Positions 1 to 10,418 are shown, counted from the first letter of the stretch. The stretch is 24,000 nucleotides of DNA from Bacillota bacterium (GCA_023386495.1 JAEWJS010000138.1:7688-31687); one strand, 5' to 3'. A program made the numbers and translations. Notes: generated from the sequence alone by a model not told the origin.

Positions 1-2
1 AA

Positions 3-3000
3 ATGCAAGGGGATCGCAACTACGAGCTGATGATTCAGAGCATGGATGCGAGCCATAGCGTCGTGCGCTATTTTGAAGCGACCAGCGGGGGCCGCATCGA
101 TCTGGGCGAGGTTCCGCTTGAGCCGGCGGGAATACTGACCGGCAAGGCCGGCAATGTCGTCTGGATTGGAGGCGGTAAGCCGGCGGCCGGAGGTACGGCC
201 CAAGTACGCGCGACCTATTACCTTACAGGCGGAGGCCCGCAGCTGTCCGATGCGGTCGCGGTGCTGGATGTGCCGGCCGATACGGAGCTGGTGCCGGGTA
301 CTGTGATCTTGAACGGGAATGCGGTGGAGCCTGTCCTGCAAGACGGGCGGTATACTGTGCCGATTGGTACGATCGTGAACTACAAGATCGGTTCGCTGCA
401 GTATGAGCTGCGAATTGCCGACGACCCCGTCTCGAACCTGCTTCTGCTCGAGCCATCGATTCGCTTCAGGCGTGGCAGCGTTACGAGGGAGGAAGCAATT
501 GGCAGGGCCGAAGCCGATCTGACGCCGGTAACGCTGAAGGCCCCCGGACGGACGGGGCAGCGCGACCTGAGCATATCGGGCTCCGCGCCGCCAGGCAGCC
601 GCGTCACCTTGTACGAGGGCGACATTGCCGTCGGCGTGACTGAAGCGTCGCCGGCCGGGCTATGGTCGATCGCGGCGCATATTCCGGGCGAAGGCGCCAC
701 TGCCACCTGGCAGCTTCGCGCAGATGCGGAGCACGGGTCGGCGCGCTGGAGCAGCACGGTCGTCGCTGTGCGCTATGACAAGGGCTTGCCGGAGCCGATC
801 GCGTTCACGATGCGCCAGGCAGACGGACGTCTCATGACGCTCGATCCGAACGGCGGCGAAGGAAGGTTTCCTTATGTGTTCGTGCCGGGCATGCCCATGA
901 CGCTGACAGTCGAGTTCACGGATCCGGAGCTGGTGGATAACGTCGCGTTCACATTCGGGGATCAGCGCATTCCGGCCAGTCTGCAGAAGGGCATTTTCCA
1001 AGCGGTTATCCCGAGCGTTAGCAGAGGTGCCGCGATCGGTCTGGACTATACCGAGAAGGAACCGGCTGCGAGCTTCGACGCACCGCCTCCTTCACCGGAG
1101 GAGATCAAGCGTCAGCTGCCGCCGAGCTTCCGGGACGCAAGGGCCGATTACGTCTACGTTTCGCCGCGTCAGAACGGCGGGACGTCGCAGTCGGCTTCCT
1201 ACCGGGGCACGCTGCCGAACCCGAAGGGCGGCGCCCAACTCGATATGAACGCTTCAATGGTCGAGATGACGTACACGCCGAACCAGGCCGACCTCGATCG
1301 CGCCGAGCAGACAGGCGTTCCATTGTACGGCTTCCAGAATAGCGTGTCCTTCGAGAACGGGGAGCTTAGGGCCCAGTTGACGGGATACATTCCGGTGGAC
1401 CGGTTCAGCCAAGGGCTCAGCGCCGAGCAGGCAGCCGCCGAGCTGCTTGAGGCTGTCGAGGCGAGCATCATGGTGAGTGCTGCATCGGGTAACAAGTCGT
1501 CCGGCAAGGTCAGCGCACTATCCGCCGGGCATGCAGTGAAAGTCGTCAAAGTGTCGGTCGGTCTCGCGATGCGGTCCACGGCTGGCGAGAACACGTGGAA
1601 GACGATCGATGCGGCCTACAGTCTGTTCGACGGAATGGGCGTGAGCGATACGCTGAAGGATCTGGAGCGGCTCATGGACAAGATCGCATTGAATTGCCGG
1701 CCGGACCTTGTGCCGATCTATATGGAGAGTATCATGCGCATCCGGAACCAGATGATCGCGGTTGAGGTGTTCAAGGCCGGATTGATGGTGGCGGGGGCGG
1801 TCTTCGGGCCGGCAACGTTCGGGCTCGGAACGATCGGACTGTTCCTGGCATCGAACATGATGGGCAAGGTGCTCGATGCGCAGGTCGCAGCGGCCATCAC
1901 CCGACTCGACGAAGACGTGAGTGAATTCTGCAGCCCGCAGAAGAAGAAGCCGAAGCGGCCGCTCGCCGATCCGGAATGGATCTACGATCCGAGCGGGTAC
2001 GTGTATGAGGTCGAGGAAGGCAATCGAGTGGAGGGCGTGACGGCGACTGTGCTGCGGTGGAATGAGCAGGCGGGTCGCTGGGATGTCTGGAATGCCGGCC
2101 CTTACGGGCAGATGAATCCGCTCCTGACCGACAGGGAGGGGCGGTACGCATGGGATGTGCCGGAGGGCAAGTGGAAGGTGCTCTATGAGAAAGAGGGCTA
2201 TCTGCCTGCCGAGAGCGAAGAACTCATCGTGCTTCCGCCGCATTTTGACGTGAACATCCCGATGACATCGACCCTTCCTGCCAAGCCGGTTAAAGCATCG
2301 GCCTTACCGGGAGGTGCAGCCATCGAGCTGCTGTTCGACCGTCATGTGCGAAGTGAAGGTGCAGAGGAGGGACTGCTGGCTGTTGAGTCCGCGGATACCG
2401 GTGAAGCGGTGGAAGGCGAGTGGCGTCTGGTGGAGCCGGTAAGCGTCAACGGTACCGAAGCTTCCAAGCGGCTGCGGTTCATACCGAACGACTCGCTAGC
2501 AATCGGCGGCGTATATCGCGTGAAGGCAGAAGCGGCACTGCAATCGTACGCCGGCGTCCCGATGGGCAGCGATTACGAGGCCGAGGTCATCGTCACCGAT
2601 ACGGACACGGAGCCTCCGCTGCCGGTCGAAGCGCTGCATGCGGATTCCGATGCTGAGCGTACGTTGTTAACATGGCAGCTGCCTGACGATCCGGAGCTTG
2701 CGAAGCTGGAATTGCGCTACCATGCGGAAGGGGCGCAGGGCGAAGGCAGTACGGTCGAAGTTCCGCTCGACCAGCAATATGCGCTAGTTGAAGGGCTGAA
2801 CGGGTCGACGAACTACGTGTTCCAGGTTCGCGCCTATGACGAGGCAGGCAATTACAGTACAGCGGAAGTGGCGTCTGCGACAGGACTCATCTCGCGAAGC
2901 GGCTTGGATGTTCTGCCCCCTGCGGAGCTTGGGGAGCTTGACGCGAAGCCGGGATCGACTGCGATCGAGCTGACCTGGCACGATCCGGACGATCCGGATC

Positions 3001-4211
3001 TCGCTGCCGTCCATCTGCAGTGGGCGAAGCGGGGCGAGCCATTCGAAGGTGAGCCTGCTGTCGTAGGCAAGGGTGAGGGTCGCTACACGATAACCGGATT
3101 GGCGCCGTCCACAGCATACGAAATTCGCCATTGGACGATCGACGTGAGCGGCAATGCTTCCACCGTGGGATCGCTGTTCGTCACGACGACGGCAGCAGCA
3201 CCTGGAGGCCCTTCCGGTCCGATCGGGGGCCCGGTCGGCCAGCCTAGCGCCGATTCGGACACGGAGAGCGCTGAGCTTGGCGAAGAGGCTGTCGACATCA
3301 GCCTGTTCGACGGCAAGCTGCGGATCGCCGTGCCGGCTGGCGGTGCGGGAAGCGCGAAGAAGCTCATCGCGACCAAGCTCGGCGATCCGGCGAAACCTTC
3401 CGATAAGCGGCTGCGCTTGATGTCCGACGTGTTCGAGTGGAAGCTCGACAGCGGCGAAGCGCTTGCGAAGCCGGGGCGGCTGGCCGTGGCATACGATGAG
3501 GCGGCACTCGGAACGAGCGACTCCCGCAAGCTGGGCATCTATCGCTTGGAAGCGGGCGGCGTCTGGCGCTATGTCGGCGGCATTGTGGATCGGGAGCAGG
3601 GCGTCGTGGAGATGCCGACGATCCAGCCGGGCTTTTATGCCGTGCTGATCGCGGAGCACAGCTTCCCAGACCTGACCGGCCACTGGGGCCGGGCGGACAT
3701 TGAGGTGCTGGCCGCACGCGGCATCGTGACCGGTGACCCTGGCGGCACCTTCCGTCCGAACGGCAATGTCACCCGTGCCGAATTCGTGAAGCTGCTGGCC
3801 GCGCTGATAAGCGAGGTGCCGACCGCGGCAGGCGGTTCGTTCACCGACGTGCCAGCGGATGCTTGGTATGCCGAAGCGGTAGCCAAGGCGCACGCGGCAG
3901 GCGTGGTCGTAGGGTCCGGAGGCAAATTCAGGCCGAATGATCCGATCTCGCGCGAAGAGATGGCCGTGATGCTCTACAGAGCGAGCGGATCGGGCGAGAG
4001 CCCCGCAGCGTCTCTTGCCGGCTTCCGCGACGGCGGCAAGGTGTCTCCTTGGGCCCGCGAGGCGATCGCATACGAGGTGCAGAGCGGTACGCTGCGCGGC
4101 AGCGACGGGCTGCTAAGGCCCGATGCCACCGCTACGCGAGCAGAGGCGGCGGCCGTATTGATCCGTAAGCTGGATGCGCTCGGCTTGCTCGTCATGCGAT
4201 CAACCGAATAG
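3..4211 (+). CDS. Large SLH-anchored cell-surface protein; 5' end lies outside the window. It has a Cna-B/carboxypeptidase-regulatory-like module, two FN3-like modules and three C-terminal SLH domains.
   Basis: The ORF is open from the window edge to TAG at 4209-4211. Three tandem SLH-type repeats lie at about nt 3658-4180 (FPDLTGHWGRADIEVLAARGIVTG.., FTDVPADAWYAEAVAKAHAAGVVVG.., FRDGGKVSPWAREAIAYEVQSGTLRG..). Two FN3-like repeats lie at about nt 2610-3190 (LTWQLPDDPELAKLELRY..YVFQVRAYDEAGN and LTWHDPDDPDLAAVHLQW..YEIRHWTIDVSGN). A hairpin terminator follows. Confidence 0.85.
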   Translation: MQGDRNYELMIQSMDASHSVVRYFEATSGGRIDLGEVPLEPAGILTGKAGNVVWIGGGKPAAGGTAQVRATYYLTGGGPQLSDAVAVLDVPADTELVPGTVILNGNAVEPVLQDGRYTVPIGTIVNYKIGSLQYELRIADDPVSNLLLLEPSIRFRRGSVTREEAIGRAEADLTPVTLKAPGRTGQRDLSISGSAPPGSRVTLYEGDIAVGVTEASPAGLWSIAAHIPGEGATATWQLRADAEHGSARWSSTVVAVRYDKGLPEPIAFTMRQADGRLMTLDPNGGEGRFPYVFVPGMPMTLTVEFTDPELVDNVAFTFGDQRIPASLQKGIFQAVIPSVSRGAAIGLDYTEKEPAASFDAPPPSPEEIKRQLPPSFRDARADYVYVSPRQNGGTSQSASYRGTLPNPKGGAQLDMNASMVEMTYTPNQADLDRAEQTGVPLYGFQNSVSFENGELRAQLTGYIPVDRFSQGLSAEQAAAELLEAVEASIMVSAASGNKSSGKVSALSAGHAVKVVKVSVGLAMRSTAGENTWKTIDAAYSLFDGMGVSDTLKDLERLMDKIALNCRPDLVPIYMESIMRIRNQMIAVEVFKAGLMVAGAVFGPATFGLGTIGLFLASNMMGKVLDAQVAAAITRLDEDVSEFCSPQKKKPKRPLADPEWIYDPSGYVYEVEEGNRVEGVTATVLRWNEQAGRWDVWNAGPYGQMNPLLTDREGRYAWDVPEGKWKVLYEKEGYLPAESEELIVLPPHFDVNIPMTSTLPAKPVKASALPGGAAIELLFDRHVRSEGAEEGLLAVESADTGEAVEGEWRLVEPVSVNGTEASKRLRFIPNDSLAIGGVYRVKAEAALQSYAGVPMGSDYEAEVIVTDTDTEPPLPVEALHADSDAERTLLTWQLPDDPELAKLELRYHAEGAQGEGSTVEVPLDQQYALVEGLNGSTNYVFQVRAYDEAGNYSTAEVASATGLISRSGLDVLPPAELGELDAKPGSTAIELTWHDPDDPDLAAVHLQWAKRGEPFEGEPAVVGKGEGRYTITGLAPSTAYEIRHWTIDVSGNASTVGSLFVTTTAAAPGGPSGPIGGPVGQPSADSDTESAELGEEAVDISLFDGKLRIAVPAGGAGSAKKLIATKLGDPAKPSDKRLRLMSDVFEWKLDSGEALAKPGRLAVAYDEAALGTSDSRKLGIYRLEAGGVWRYVGGIVDREQGVVEMPTIQPGFYAVLIAEHSFPDLTGHWGRADIEVLAARGIVTGDPGGTFRPNGNVTRAEFVKLLAALISEVPTAAGGSFTDVPADAWYAEAVAKAHAAGVVVGSGGKFRPNDPISREEMAVMLYRASGSGESPAASLAGFRDGGKVSPWAREAIAYEVQSGTLRGSDGLLRPDATATRAEAAAVLIRKLDALGLLVMRSTE

Positions 4212-4222
4212 AAGACATGCAG

Positions 4223-4263
4223 GAAGCTTGCGGGCCGTATCGGGTTCCGCAAGCTTCTTTGTC
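4223..4263 (+). terminator. Rho-independent terminator of the SLH protein gene
   Basis: An 11-bp perfect stem pairs GAAGCTTGCGG (4223-4233) with CCGCAAGCTTC (4247-4257). It is followed by TTTGTCGTT and sits 12 nt after the stop codon. Confidence 0.6.
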
Positions 4264-4544
4264 GTTGCGTTGTCCGGGATGCTGGGGGCTTGGCTGCCCC
4301 ATCCGATAGGCAGCTTACATGCCCTCCCTCTTTTCCACTGATCCACGTTACAAACATGTGAGATATGGGACGTCGTCACAATGGAATGATGCAAACTATA
4401 GTCGCATTATATAAAGGAAAAGAACATGCGCATGCCATATAATAAGAATAGAGGTTGACGATGGGCAAATAGTGTTAGGTAAGTTGACGCAAACATAGGC
4501 TGAGGCGGTCCAGAAACAGGGTCAAGCGAAGGGAGGCGGTGAGG

Positions 4545-6182
4545 ATGGAACAGACGAGAGCGGGGTTGTCGGTGACGGATTTGCTGCGGATACCACAATT
4601 CAAGGATGCGGTATTGTTAGGCGGCGCATCAGGCCTGTCGGAAGAGGTTAGCCGCGTGAATGTCATGGAGGTGCCGGATGTCGTCGATTGGGTTCGACCC
4701 GGAGAATTTCTGATGACGACGGGCTATCCTTTTCGGCAGGAGCCGGAAGTCATGGCCACGCTGATCGAGCAGCTAGCGGGGAAGGGCGTTGCCGCGCTCG
4801 GCATCAAGACGAAGCGGTATATCGACGCCGTGCCGGAGAACGCGATTCGCGCCGCCGACGACTGCGGGCTGCCATTGATCGAGCTGCCGCCGGACACGAC
4901 CTTCTCGGATGTGGTCCGAGAGGTCATGGAGCGTGTACTCGTGCAAGAGTCCAAGCAGCTTGCCTTGCTTCAGTATCGTGTTCAACGACTATCGTACGTG
5001 CTTCTGCACGGTGACGGGCTTGATGCGTTCTTGCAATTGCTAGAATCGCTGGTCGATAATCCCGTGGCGCTGCTGGATGACCGCGGCCAGTGGACGGCAT
5101 CGCCATCCGCGCAGGAGATATGCGAACAATTGGAAGCGGAGCATTGGCGCAGGCTGCGCGAGGATAGTCCGCGCGAGACGAGCTTCCTGCCCGCAGGCGA
5201 CCGGAGCATCCGCGTATACTGCTCAGCCGATCAGGGCGGCGAGCGGCGGCATATGCTCCTCTTGTTCGAAGAACGGCAGGAGTTCAGCATCGTCGACTCG
5301 CTGACGATCAACTGGGCGAGCGAACTGGTCGGCTTCGAGATCAGCACCGCGCAGGCTCGCCGGAAGATCGAGGCGAAGTATATCGATCAATTCCTTCAGG
5401 ATTGGATCGTCGGACGCATCGTCTCGCCGATCGATCTGCAGCTGCGCGCCGAGGCATGCGGCTGCCCGCTCGACGCAGGGATGGACTATCGGGTGGGCGT
5501 CGTTGCGGTTCAGGATCGGAAGCTGAGTGCGCCTGCTCTGCAGGAGATTGCACAACGGCTGAATTGGGAACGGACGGGCGGCGAGATGCGATGGACGGTC
5601 ATCGAAGAGAATCTCGTCGTCGTGATTGCTTCGCCTAAGGATACCGCAGGAACCGGGAGCGGGTCGGATCGGCGGAAGGACGATGCCGGCGCCGGCGCTG
5701 CGGCCGCGCTGCGGCCCTTCCTGTTCGGGCGTGAGCGTGAGTATCGCGTATGCCTGGGTCGCACGGTCGCCGCGCGGGAGTCCGTTCCGACCAGCTACCG
5801 GGAGGCCAGAAGGGCCGCCGAGGTCAGCGCGGTCTGCCAGCTTCAGCAGGAGGTCGTCTCTTACGCGGAGCTGGGTACATACTTGCTGCTGTATCGGCTG
5901 CTCGGCACGGAGGAGGCGGAGGAGTTCAAGCGCAACTACCTGTTGCCGATTCTCGACTACGACAGCCGGAGCAGTCAAGGCGCGCTGCTCAAGACGCTTA
6001 AGACCTACTTCGAATGCAACGGCAACGTCAAGGAGACCGCGGATCGCATGTTCCTTCACTACAATACGGTGATCTACCGTCTTGACCGCATCAAGAATGA
6101 GCTCGGCATTCCGCTGGATCTGGCGGAGACGCGGCTGAGGCTGCAGTTAGCGATCAAGCTGCACGAGATCAAGGAGGCATAA
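4545..6182 (+). CDS. PucR-family transcriptional regulator (PurC-like N-terminal domain, C-terminal PucR HTH)
   Basis: The C-terminal motif GNVKETADRMFLHYNTVIYRLDRIKNELG is typical of the PucR_C HTH. The N-terminus (LSVTDLLRIPQFKDAVLLGG..VNVMEVPDVVDWVRPGEFLMTTGY) is typical of the purine-catabolism regulator N-domain. ATG 4545 lies 8 nt after GGGAGG (4531-4536). The track start GTG 4539 is too close to that RBS. Confidence 0.85.
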   Translation: MEQTRAGLSVTDLLRIPQFKDAVLLGGASGLSEEVSRVNVMEVPDVVDWVRPGEFLMTTGYPFRQEPEVMATLIEQLAGKGVAALGIKTKRYIDAVPENAIRAADDCGLPLIELPPDTTFSDVVREVMERVLVQESKQLALLQYRVQRLSYVLLHGDGLDAFLQLLESLVDNPVALLDDRGQWTASPSAQEICEQLEAEHWRRLREDSPRETSFLPAGDRSIRVYCSADQGGERRHMLLLFEERQEFSIVDSLTINWASELVGFEISTAQARRKIEAKYIDQFLQDWIVGRIVSPIDLQLRAEACGCPLDAGMDYRVGVVAVQDRKLSAPALQEIAQRLNWERTGGEMRWTVIEENLVVVIASPKDTAGTGSGSDRRKDDAGAGAAAALRPFLFGREREYRVCLGRTVAARESVPTSYREARRAAEVSAVCQLQQEVVSYAELGTYLLLYRLLGTEEAEEFKRNYLLPILDYDSRSSQGALLKTLKTYFECNGNVKETADRMFLHYNTVIYRLDRIKNELGIPLDLAETRLRLQLAIKLHEIKEA

Positions 6183-6204
6183 GGATCCCGGCGGCAGAAG
6201 CGCT

Positions 6205-7770
6205 TCAGTAGCCGTCGGTCTTTCGTCCGGACTGTTCCGCAATCGCCGCGCCTTCCCTGGAAGACGCGCTGCCGAGATGAGTTGCATCCGTGTTGGCCTT
6301 CGCGAGCCCATCGGCTACCCGCCGCCCGTAGTCAGGGTCCGCCTGCGTAAAATGATGCAACATTCGCTCTTGAATGGACGGCGCGCACACCTTGAGCCCG
6401 TCGACGAGATTCGCGATCAGTTCATCGCGCTCCCAGTCCTCGAATCGCCGGTAGGTTTCGCCTGCTTGCAAGTAATCGTTCTTGCGCGGCAGCGGCTCCC
6501 GCACCAGCCGATCGTTGTAGGCCGGCTGATGCTCCTTGCCTGGCGATGGCGCTTCTTGAAGTCCGCCAAGCGAGGACGGCTCGTAGTTGACATGCGGATT
6601 CTGCCCCGGTGCCCGGTCGACGGAATAGGCCATCTGGCCATCGCGCTGGTTCGTCGCTACGCGCGTCTTCGGCGCGTTGATCGGCAGTTGCAGATAGTTC
6701 GTGCCGACCCGGTATCGCTGCGTATCGGAGTAGGAGAAGGTACGGCCCTGCAGCATCTTGTCATCGGAGAAGTCCAAGCCGTCCACGAGCACGCCCGTGC
6801 CGAATGCGGACTGCTCGACTTCGGCGAAGTAATTGTCCGGATTCCGGTCGAGCACCATGCGTCCGATCGGCAGGAAGGGGAACTGCGCTTGGTCCCACAG
6901 CTTCGTGTCGTCCAGGGGATCGTAATCGAGCTCGGGATGCTCGTCGTCGCTCATGATCTGAACGCACAGCTCCCACTCCGGATAGTCGCCCCGTGCAATG
7001 GCCTCGTACAGATCCTGCGTGGCATGGCTCGTGTTCTTCGCTTGGATCGCTTCGGCCTCCTGCTGCGTCAGGTTCTTGATGCCCTGCTTCAGGGGCTCCC
7101 AATGATACTTGACGAGAACGGCTTCGCCCTCTGCATTGACCCACTTGTACGTGTTGACACCCGAGCCTTGCATCTGCCGATAGTTGGCGGGGATTCCCCA
7201 CGGCGAATAGACGAAGGTGACCATATGCGTCGCTTCCGGCGAATTGGACACGAAGTCGAAGAATCGTTCCGGGTTCGGCAGATTCGTCACGGGATCCGGC
7301 CGGAAGGCGTGGATCATATCCGGGAATTTCAGCGGATCGCGAATGAAGAAGATCTTCAGGTTGTTGCCGACGAGATCCCAATTGCCGTCTTCCGTATAGA
7401 ACTTGACGGCGAAGCCGCGCGGATCGCGGACGGTCTCGGGCGAGTGGCCGCCGTGCACGACCGTCGAGAAGCGCACGAACACCGGGGTGCGCGTGCCGGC
7501 CTGCTGCAGCAGCTTGGCGCGGGTGTACTTGGCGATGGGCTCATCACCGACCTTGCCGTACGCTTCGAAGTAGCCGTGAGCGCCGGCGCCTCGCGCATGC
7601 ACGACGCGCTCCGGGATCCGCTCGCGGTCGAAGTGGGACATTTTCTCCAGGAAGTGGTAGTTCTCCAGCGTGGAAGGCCCGCGTGCGCCGACCGTTCGAA
7701 TGTTCTGATTGTCCGTGATGGGATGCCCCTGTCGATTCGTTAAGCGCATCTCTTGATCGTTGTTCTCCAT
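6205..7770 (-). CDS. katA: Monofunctional heme catalase (small-subunit, KatA-like)
   Basis: It carries the distal-His motif [23 protein letters not shown] and the proximal-Tyr motif [16 protein letters not shown] chose ATG 7770-7768 ([10 protein letters not shown]..), which follows GAGAGGGTG by about 10 nt. The 46 extra N-terminal codons in the track (to 7908) run through the TetR-gene terminator and overlap its stop. Confidence 0.9.
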   Translation of the reverse strand: MENNDQEMRLTNRQGHPITDNQNIRTVGARGPSTLENYHFLEKMSHFDRERIPERVVHARGAGAHGYFEAYGKVGDEPIAKYTRAKLLQQAGTRTPVFVRFSTVVHGGHSPETVRDPRGFAVKFYTEDGNWDLVGNNLKIFFIRDPLKFPDMIHAFRPDPVTNLPNPERFFDFVSNSPEATHMVTFVYSPWGIPANYRQMQGSGVNTYKWVNAEGEAVLVKYHWEPLKQGIKNLTQQEAEAIQAKNTSHATQDLYEAIARGDYPEWELCVQIMSDDEHPELDYDPLDDTKLWDQAQFPFLPIGRMVLDRNPDNYFAEVEQSAFGTGVLVDGLDFSDDKMLQGRTFSYSDTQRYRVGTNYLQLPINAPKTRVATNQRDGQMAYSVDRAPGQNPHVNYEPSSLGGLQEAPSPGKEHQPAYNDRLVREPLPRKNDYLQAGETYRRFEDWERDELIANLVDGLKVCAPSIQERMLHHFTQADPDYGRRVADGLAKANTDATHLGSASSREGAAIAEQSGRKTDGY

Positions 7771-7852
7771 TGCCGCTCTACACCCTCTCATACGCATATT
7801 CCGCTCTACTATTTGCCATTTTACGGAACGGTATGCATAAGTTAACGACGCA

Positions 7853-7887
7853 AAGAGCCGCCCCCCTCGAAGCGGGATGCGGCTCTT
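7853..7887 (-). terminator. Candidate terminator after the TetR gene (end of the ABC operon)
   Basis: A 9-bp stem pairs AAGAGCCGC (7853-7861) with GCGGCTCTT (7879-7887). On the - strand it is followed by TGCGTCGTT, which is a weak U-tract. Confidence 0.45.
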
Positions 7888-7904
7888 ATGCGCGGCGCGA
7901 TTAA

Positions 7905-8573
7905 TCAAGGACGTCCGGCGATGCCGTACAGCAGCAGCTCTACCGTCCGTTCGATCTCTTCCTCTTCATCGATCGCGTGTTCCGGGAAGAGGATGACATG
8001 GGTGGCGATCATGCCGATCAGCATGCTGACCGATGCGCGAATGATACGCCACGGGGGCGCTTCGATCAACTGGCCGCGCTCCTGGAAATGGGCGATGATC
8101 TTCTCGAGGCGAACATAGACGATATTGGACATGACACCCTTTACCTGCTCCAGCAATTCCGGTTGAAAAGGGAGCTCGTGCACCAAGATGCGAATCAGCT
8201 TGACGTTCTTGCGCGCGAATGCGAGACGGTCCCGGGCGACGGCGCGGTAGAAATCTTCGATCCGTTCGTAGGGCATATCGAGCACCTTGGCGGCGAAGTC
8301 CCGAATGAGGAAGGGCGCGACGACCTTGGCCGCGATCGGGCCGGCAATCGAGAGAAGCAGCTCCTTCTTCGTCTTATAGTGCCGGAATATGGTGCCTTCC
8401 GCTACGCCTGCCTTCTGCGCGATTTCGCTGGTGGATGCGGCGGCGAACCCTTTTTCCGCGAAAATCTCGATGGCAGCCTCCAGAATGCGCACCTGCTTGT
8501 CGGTCTTCTTCTGGTCGTCAGCTTCCGTCAAGCGGATAATATCCTCCAGCCACTGCTCCTGCGTATCTGACAT
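7905..8573 (-). CDS. TetR/AcrR-family transcriptional repressor
   Basis: The N-terminal HTH is [45 protein letters not shown]. The RBS GAAGGGAGA lies 9 nt upstream of ATG 8573. It is the last gene of the ATPase-permease-TetR string. Confidence 0.9.
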   Translation of the reverse strand: MSDTQEQWLEDIIRLTEADDQKKTDKQVRILEAAIEIFAEKGFAAASTSEIAQKAGVAEGTIFRHYKTKKELLLSIAGPIAAKVVAPFLIRDFAAKVLDMPYERIEDFYRAVARDRLAFARKNVKLIRILVHELPFQPELLEQVKGVMSNIVYVRLEKIIAHFQERGQLIEAPPWRIIRASVSMLIGMIATHVILFPEHAIDEEEEIERTVELLLYGIAGRP

Positions 8574-8614
8574 AGAGGATGGTCTCCCTTCAATAAATGG
8601 TTGACCTAAAGATA

Positions 8615-9667
8615 CTATATCCGCCGATGCTTGCGCAACGCCAGTACATTGGCTGTCATGAAGAGCAGCGATAGGCCGAGCAGGACATACGCCTCCTGCG
8701 CGATGGCCTGCCAGCCCTCGCCTCGGATCATGACGCTTCGCAGCGCATCGGCACCGTACTTAAGCGGCGTGATGTACGCGATCCAGCTCAGCCATGGCGA
8801 CATGCTGTCCAGATCGAACAGGCCGGAGAAGAACACCTGCGGCACGATGACGAGCGGGATGAATTGAATCAGCTGGAACTCCGAGTTGGCGAATGTCGAC
8901 AGGAAGGTGCCGAAGCTGAGCGCCGTCACCGACAAGAGCAGCATGATCAGGATCACGTAGCCGAAGGAGCCCGCCATGAAGCTGCCGAGCGCGCCGATCG
9001 TGTAGCCGGCAATCAAGATCGCTTGCACGCTCGTGAAAATCCCGAAGCCGGCCATGTAGCCCGTGACGATCTCCCAACGGCGGAGCGGGGTGGCGAGTAG
9101 CCGTTCCAGCGTGCCGCTGGTGCGCTCCTTCAGGAAGGAGACGCCGGCAATCAGGAAGACGAAGAAGAAGGCGAACAGGCCGATCAGGACGGGGCTGAGG
9201 CTGTCGAAGGTCGACAGCTCTCCGCTGCCGTGCAGGTAGTCGAAGCTCGGTCCGGCTACTCCGGTTCCCGGCACCGCAGCCGCAGCCGTTGCGGCCGTCG
9301 CATGCTGCATGGCCTGTTGGATCGTCATCATGGCGGCGCGGTTCTTCGTCGGGTCGCTCCCCTCTAGCTTCACGCGGGGCGCAGTGCCGTCCAGCCAGAT
9401 GTACGCGTCGATCGATCGGTCTGCCAACGCGGCGTTCGCGGCCTGCGTCGTAGGATAAGTCGTGACGTTGGCGTTCAGTTCGCGCAGGCTGTCCGTTATT
9501 GTCGGGGGCAGCTGCACGGTACCGAGCTTCGGTTCATACGCATCGCCGTCGAATACGAGGTACATCAGCGATAGAACGAGAATCGGCGCGGCAATGAGCA
9601 GCGCCATGGAGCGCTTATCGCGGAAGAATTGGCGAATAATTCGCAGGATGAGGGCCCGGATTCTCAT
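8615..9667 (-). CDS. ABC-2 type transporter permease
   Basis: The 350-aa protein has one N-terminal TM helix, a large extracytoplasmic loop and five C-terminal TM segments, which is the ABC-2 topology. Its start ATG overlaps the upstream ATPase stop (ATGA at 9664-9667), implying translational coupling. Confidence 0.85.
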   Translation of the reverse strand: MRIRALILRIIRQFFRDKRSMALLIAAPILVLSLMYLVFDGDAYEPKLGTVQLPPTITDSLRELNANVTTYPTTQAANAALADRSIDAYIWLDGTAPRVKLEGSDPTKNRAAMMTIQQAMQHATAATAAAAVPGTGVAGPSFDYLHGSGELSTFDSLSPVLIGLFAFFFVFLIAGVSFLKERTSGTLERLLATPLRRWEIVTGYMAGFGIFTSVQAILIAGYTIGALGSFMAGSFGYVILIMLLLSVTALSFGTFLSTFANSEFQLIQFIPLVIVPQVFFSGLFDLDSMSPWLSWIAYITPLKYGADALRSVMIRGEGWQAIAQEAYVLLGLSLLFMTANVLALRKHRRI

Positions 9668-10398
9668 GCGCGCACACCTCCGTAGTAGAGGAAGGCTTCC
9701 TCAATTGTACGTCTGTCGGTCTCAGCCTTCAGCGCATCCGGCGTGCCGACGGCGATGAGGCTGCCGTCCCGCATCATGCCGAGCCGATGGCACTTGTCTG
9801 CCTCGTCCATGACATGGGTCGTGACGAGAATCGTCGTCCCTTCGCGGCTAAGTTTCTCGAGTTCATTCCAGATCGACTTGCGCAGGACGGGATCGATGCC
9901 GACGGTCGGTTCATCGAGGATGAGTAATTCCGGCTCATGCATCAGCGCAACGGCCAGCGACAATCGACGCTTCATGCCGCCGGAGTAAGTGCCGACGGGA
10001 CGCTTCAGGTGATCGGTTAAGTCCACGAGCGCCATGACCTCCCGCATGCGCTGCACGCGCTTCTGGCCGCGAAGCCCGAACAGCGCGCCGAAGAATTCGA
10101 GGTTCTCCAGCGCGCTCAGCTCTGCATACAGCGCATCCGACTGCGCCATATAGCCGATCCGCGGCATCATCGCCAGCTGCGGCATGCGCATGCCCAGTAC
10201 CTCGACATGGCCGCTCGTCGCCTCGTCGATGCCTGCGATCATCTTCACGAATGTCGTTTTGCCTGACCCCGACGGCCCCAGCAAGCCGAAAATTTCGCTC
10301 TTCTTCACCGTTAGGCGGATACCGTGCAGCACTTCCTTATGGTTGAAGCTTCGATAGACGTCCTGGGCGAGAATGCAGTCTTCCGTTATTGCGGACAT
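9664..10398 (-). CDS. ABC transporter ATP-binding protein
   Basis: Walker A is GPSGSGKTT, the signature motif is YSGGMKRRLS and Walker B is LLILDEPT. ATG 10398 lies 8 nt after GGAGG. The longer track ORF (to 10431) would include the operator palindrome. Confidence 0.9.
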   Translation of the reverse strand: MSAITEDCILAQDVYRSFNHKEVLHGIRLTVKKSEIFGLLGPSGSGKTTFVKMIAGIDEATSGHVEVLGMRMPQLAMMPRIGYMAQSDALYAELSALENLEFFGALFGLRGQKRVQRMREVMALVDLTDHLKRPVGTYSGGMKRRLSLAVALMHEPELLILDEPTVGIDPVLRKSIWNELEKLSREGTTILVTTHVMDEADKCHRLGMMRDGSLIAVGTPDALKAETDRRTIEEAFLYYGGVRA

Positions 10399-10418
10399 TC
10401 GAGCCACCTCCAAGCAGT

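Noticed and set aside
1518-3893. Multiple long antisense ORFs inside the SLH protein gene (1518-2243 and 2784-3893). Similar antisense ORFs lie opposite pucR (5223-6059), the MCP gene (14566-15435) and the GGDEF-EAL gene (20999-21613 and 22052-22852).
   Set aside because: All are antisense to ORFs with clear domain signatures. Their composition is Arg/Pro/His-rich, as expected from reverse-frame GC3 bias.
4277-4313. A second GC-rich hairpin (GGAT..GGGGC / GCCCC..ATCC) downstream of the SLH gene terminator
   Set aside because: The stem is interrupted and no U-tract follows, so no functional assignment is justified.
4454-4490. A duplicated GTTGACG (4454 and 4483) upstream of the PucR gene, as a promoter or operator
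   Set aside because: Neither copy has a convincing -10 hexamer at 16-18 nt. Two 7-mers alone are too little evidence for a feature.
6277-7743. A 488-codon ORF on the + strand opposite the catalase gene
   Set aside because: It is a shadow ORF typical of high-GC coding DNA. The translation is Arg/Leu-rich with no recognisable motifs, whereas the - strand encodes a textbook catalase.
7771-7850. A PerR/Fur-type box or sigma-B promoter upstream of the catalase gene
   Set aside because: I looked for TTATAATNATTATAA-like and GTTTAA-N13-GGGTAT-like sequences and found only weak partial matches (TTAACT-16-TAAAAT), which are not enough to call.
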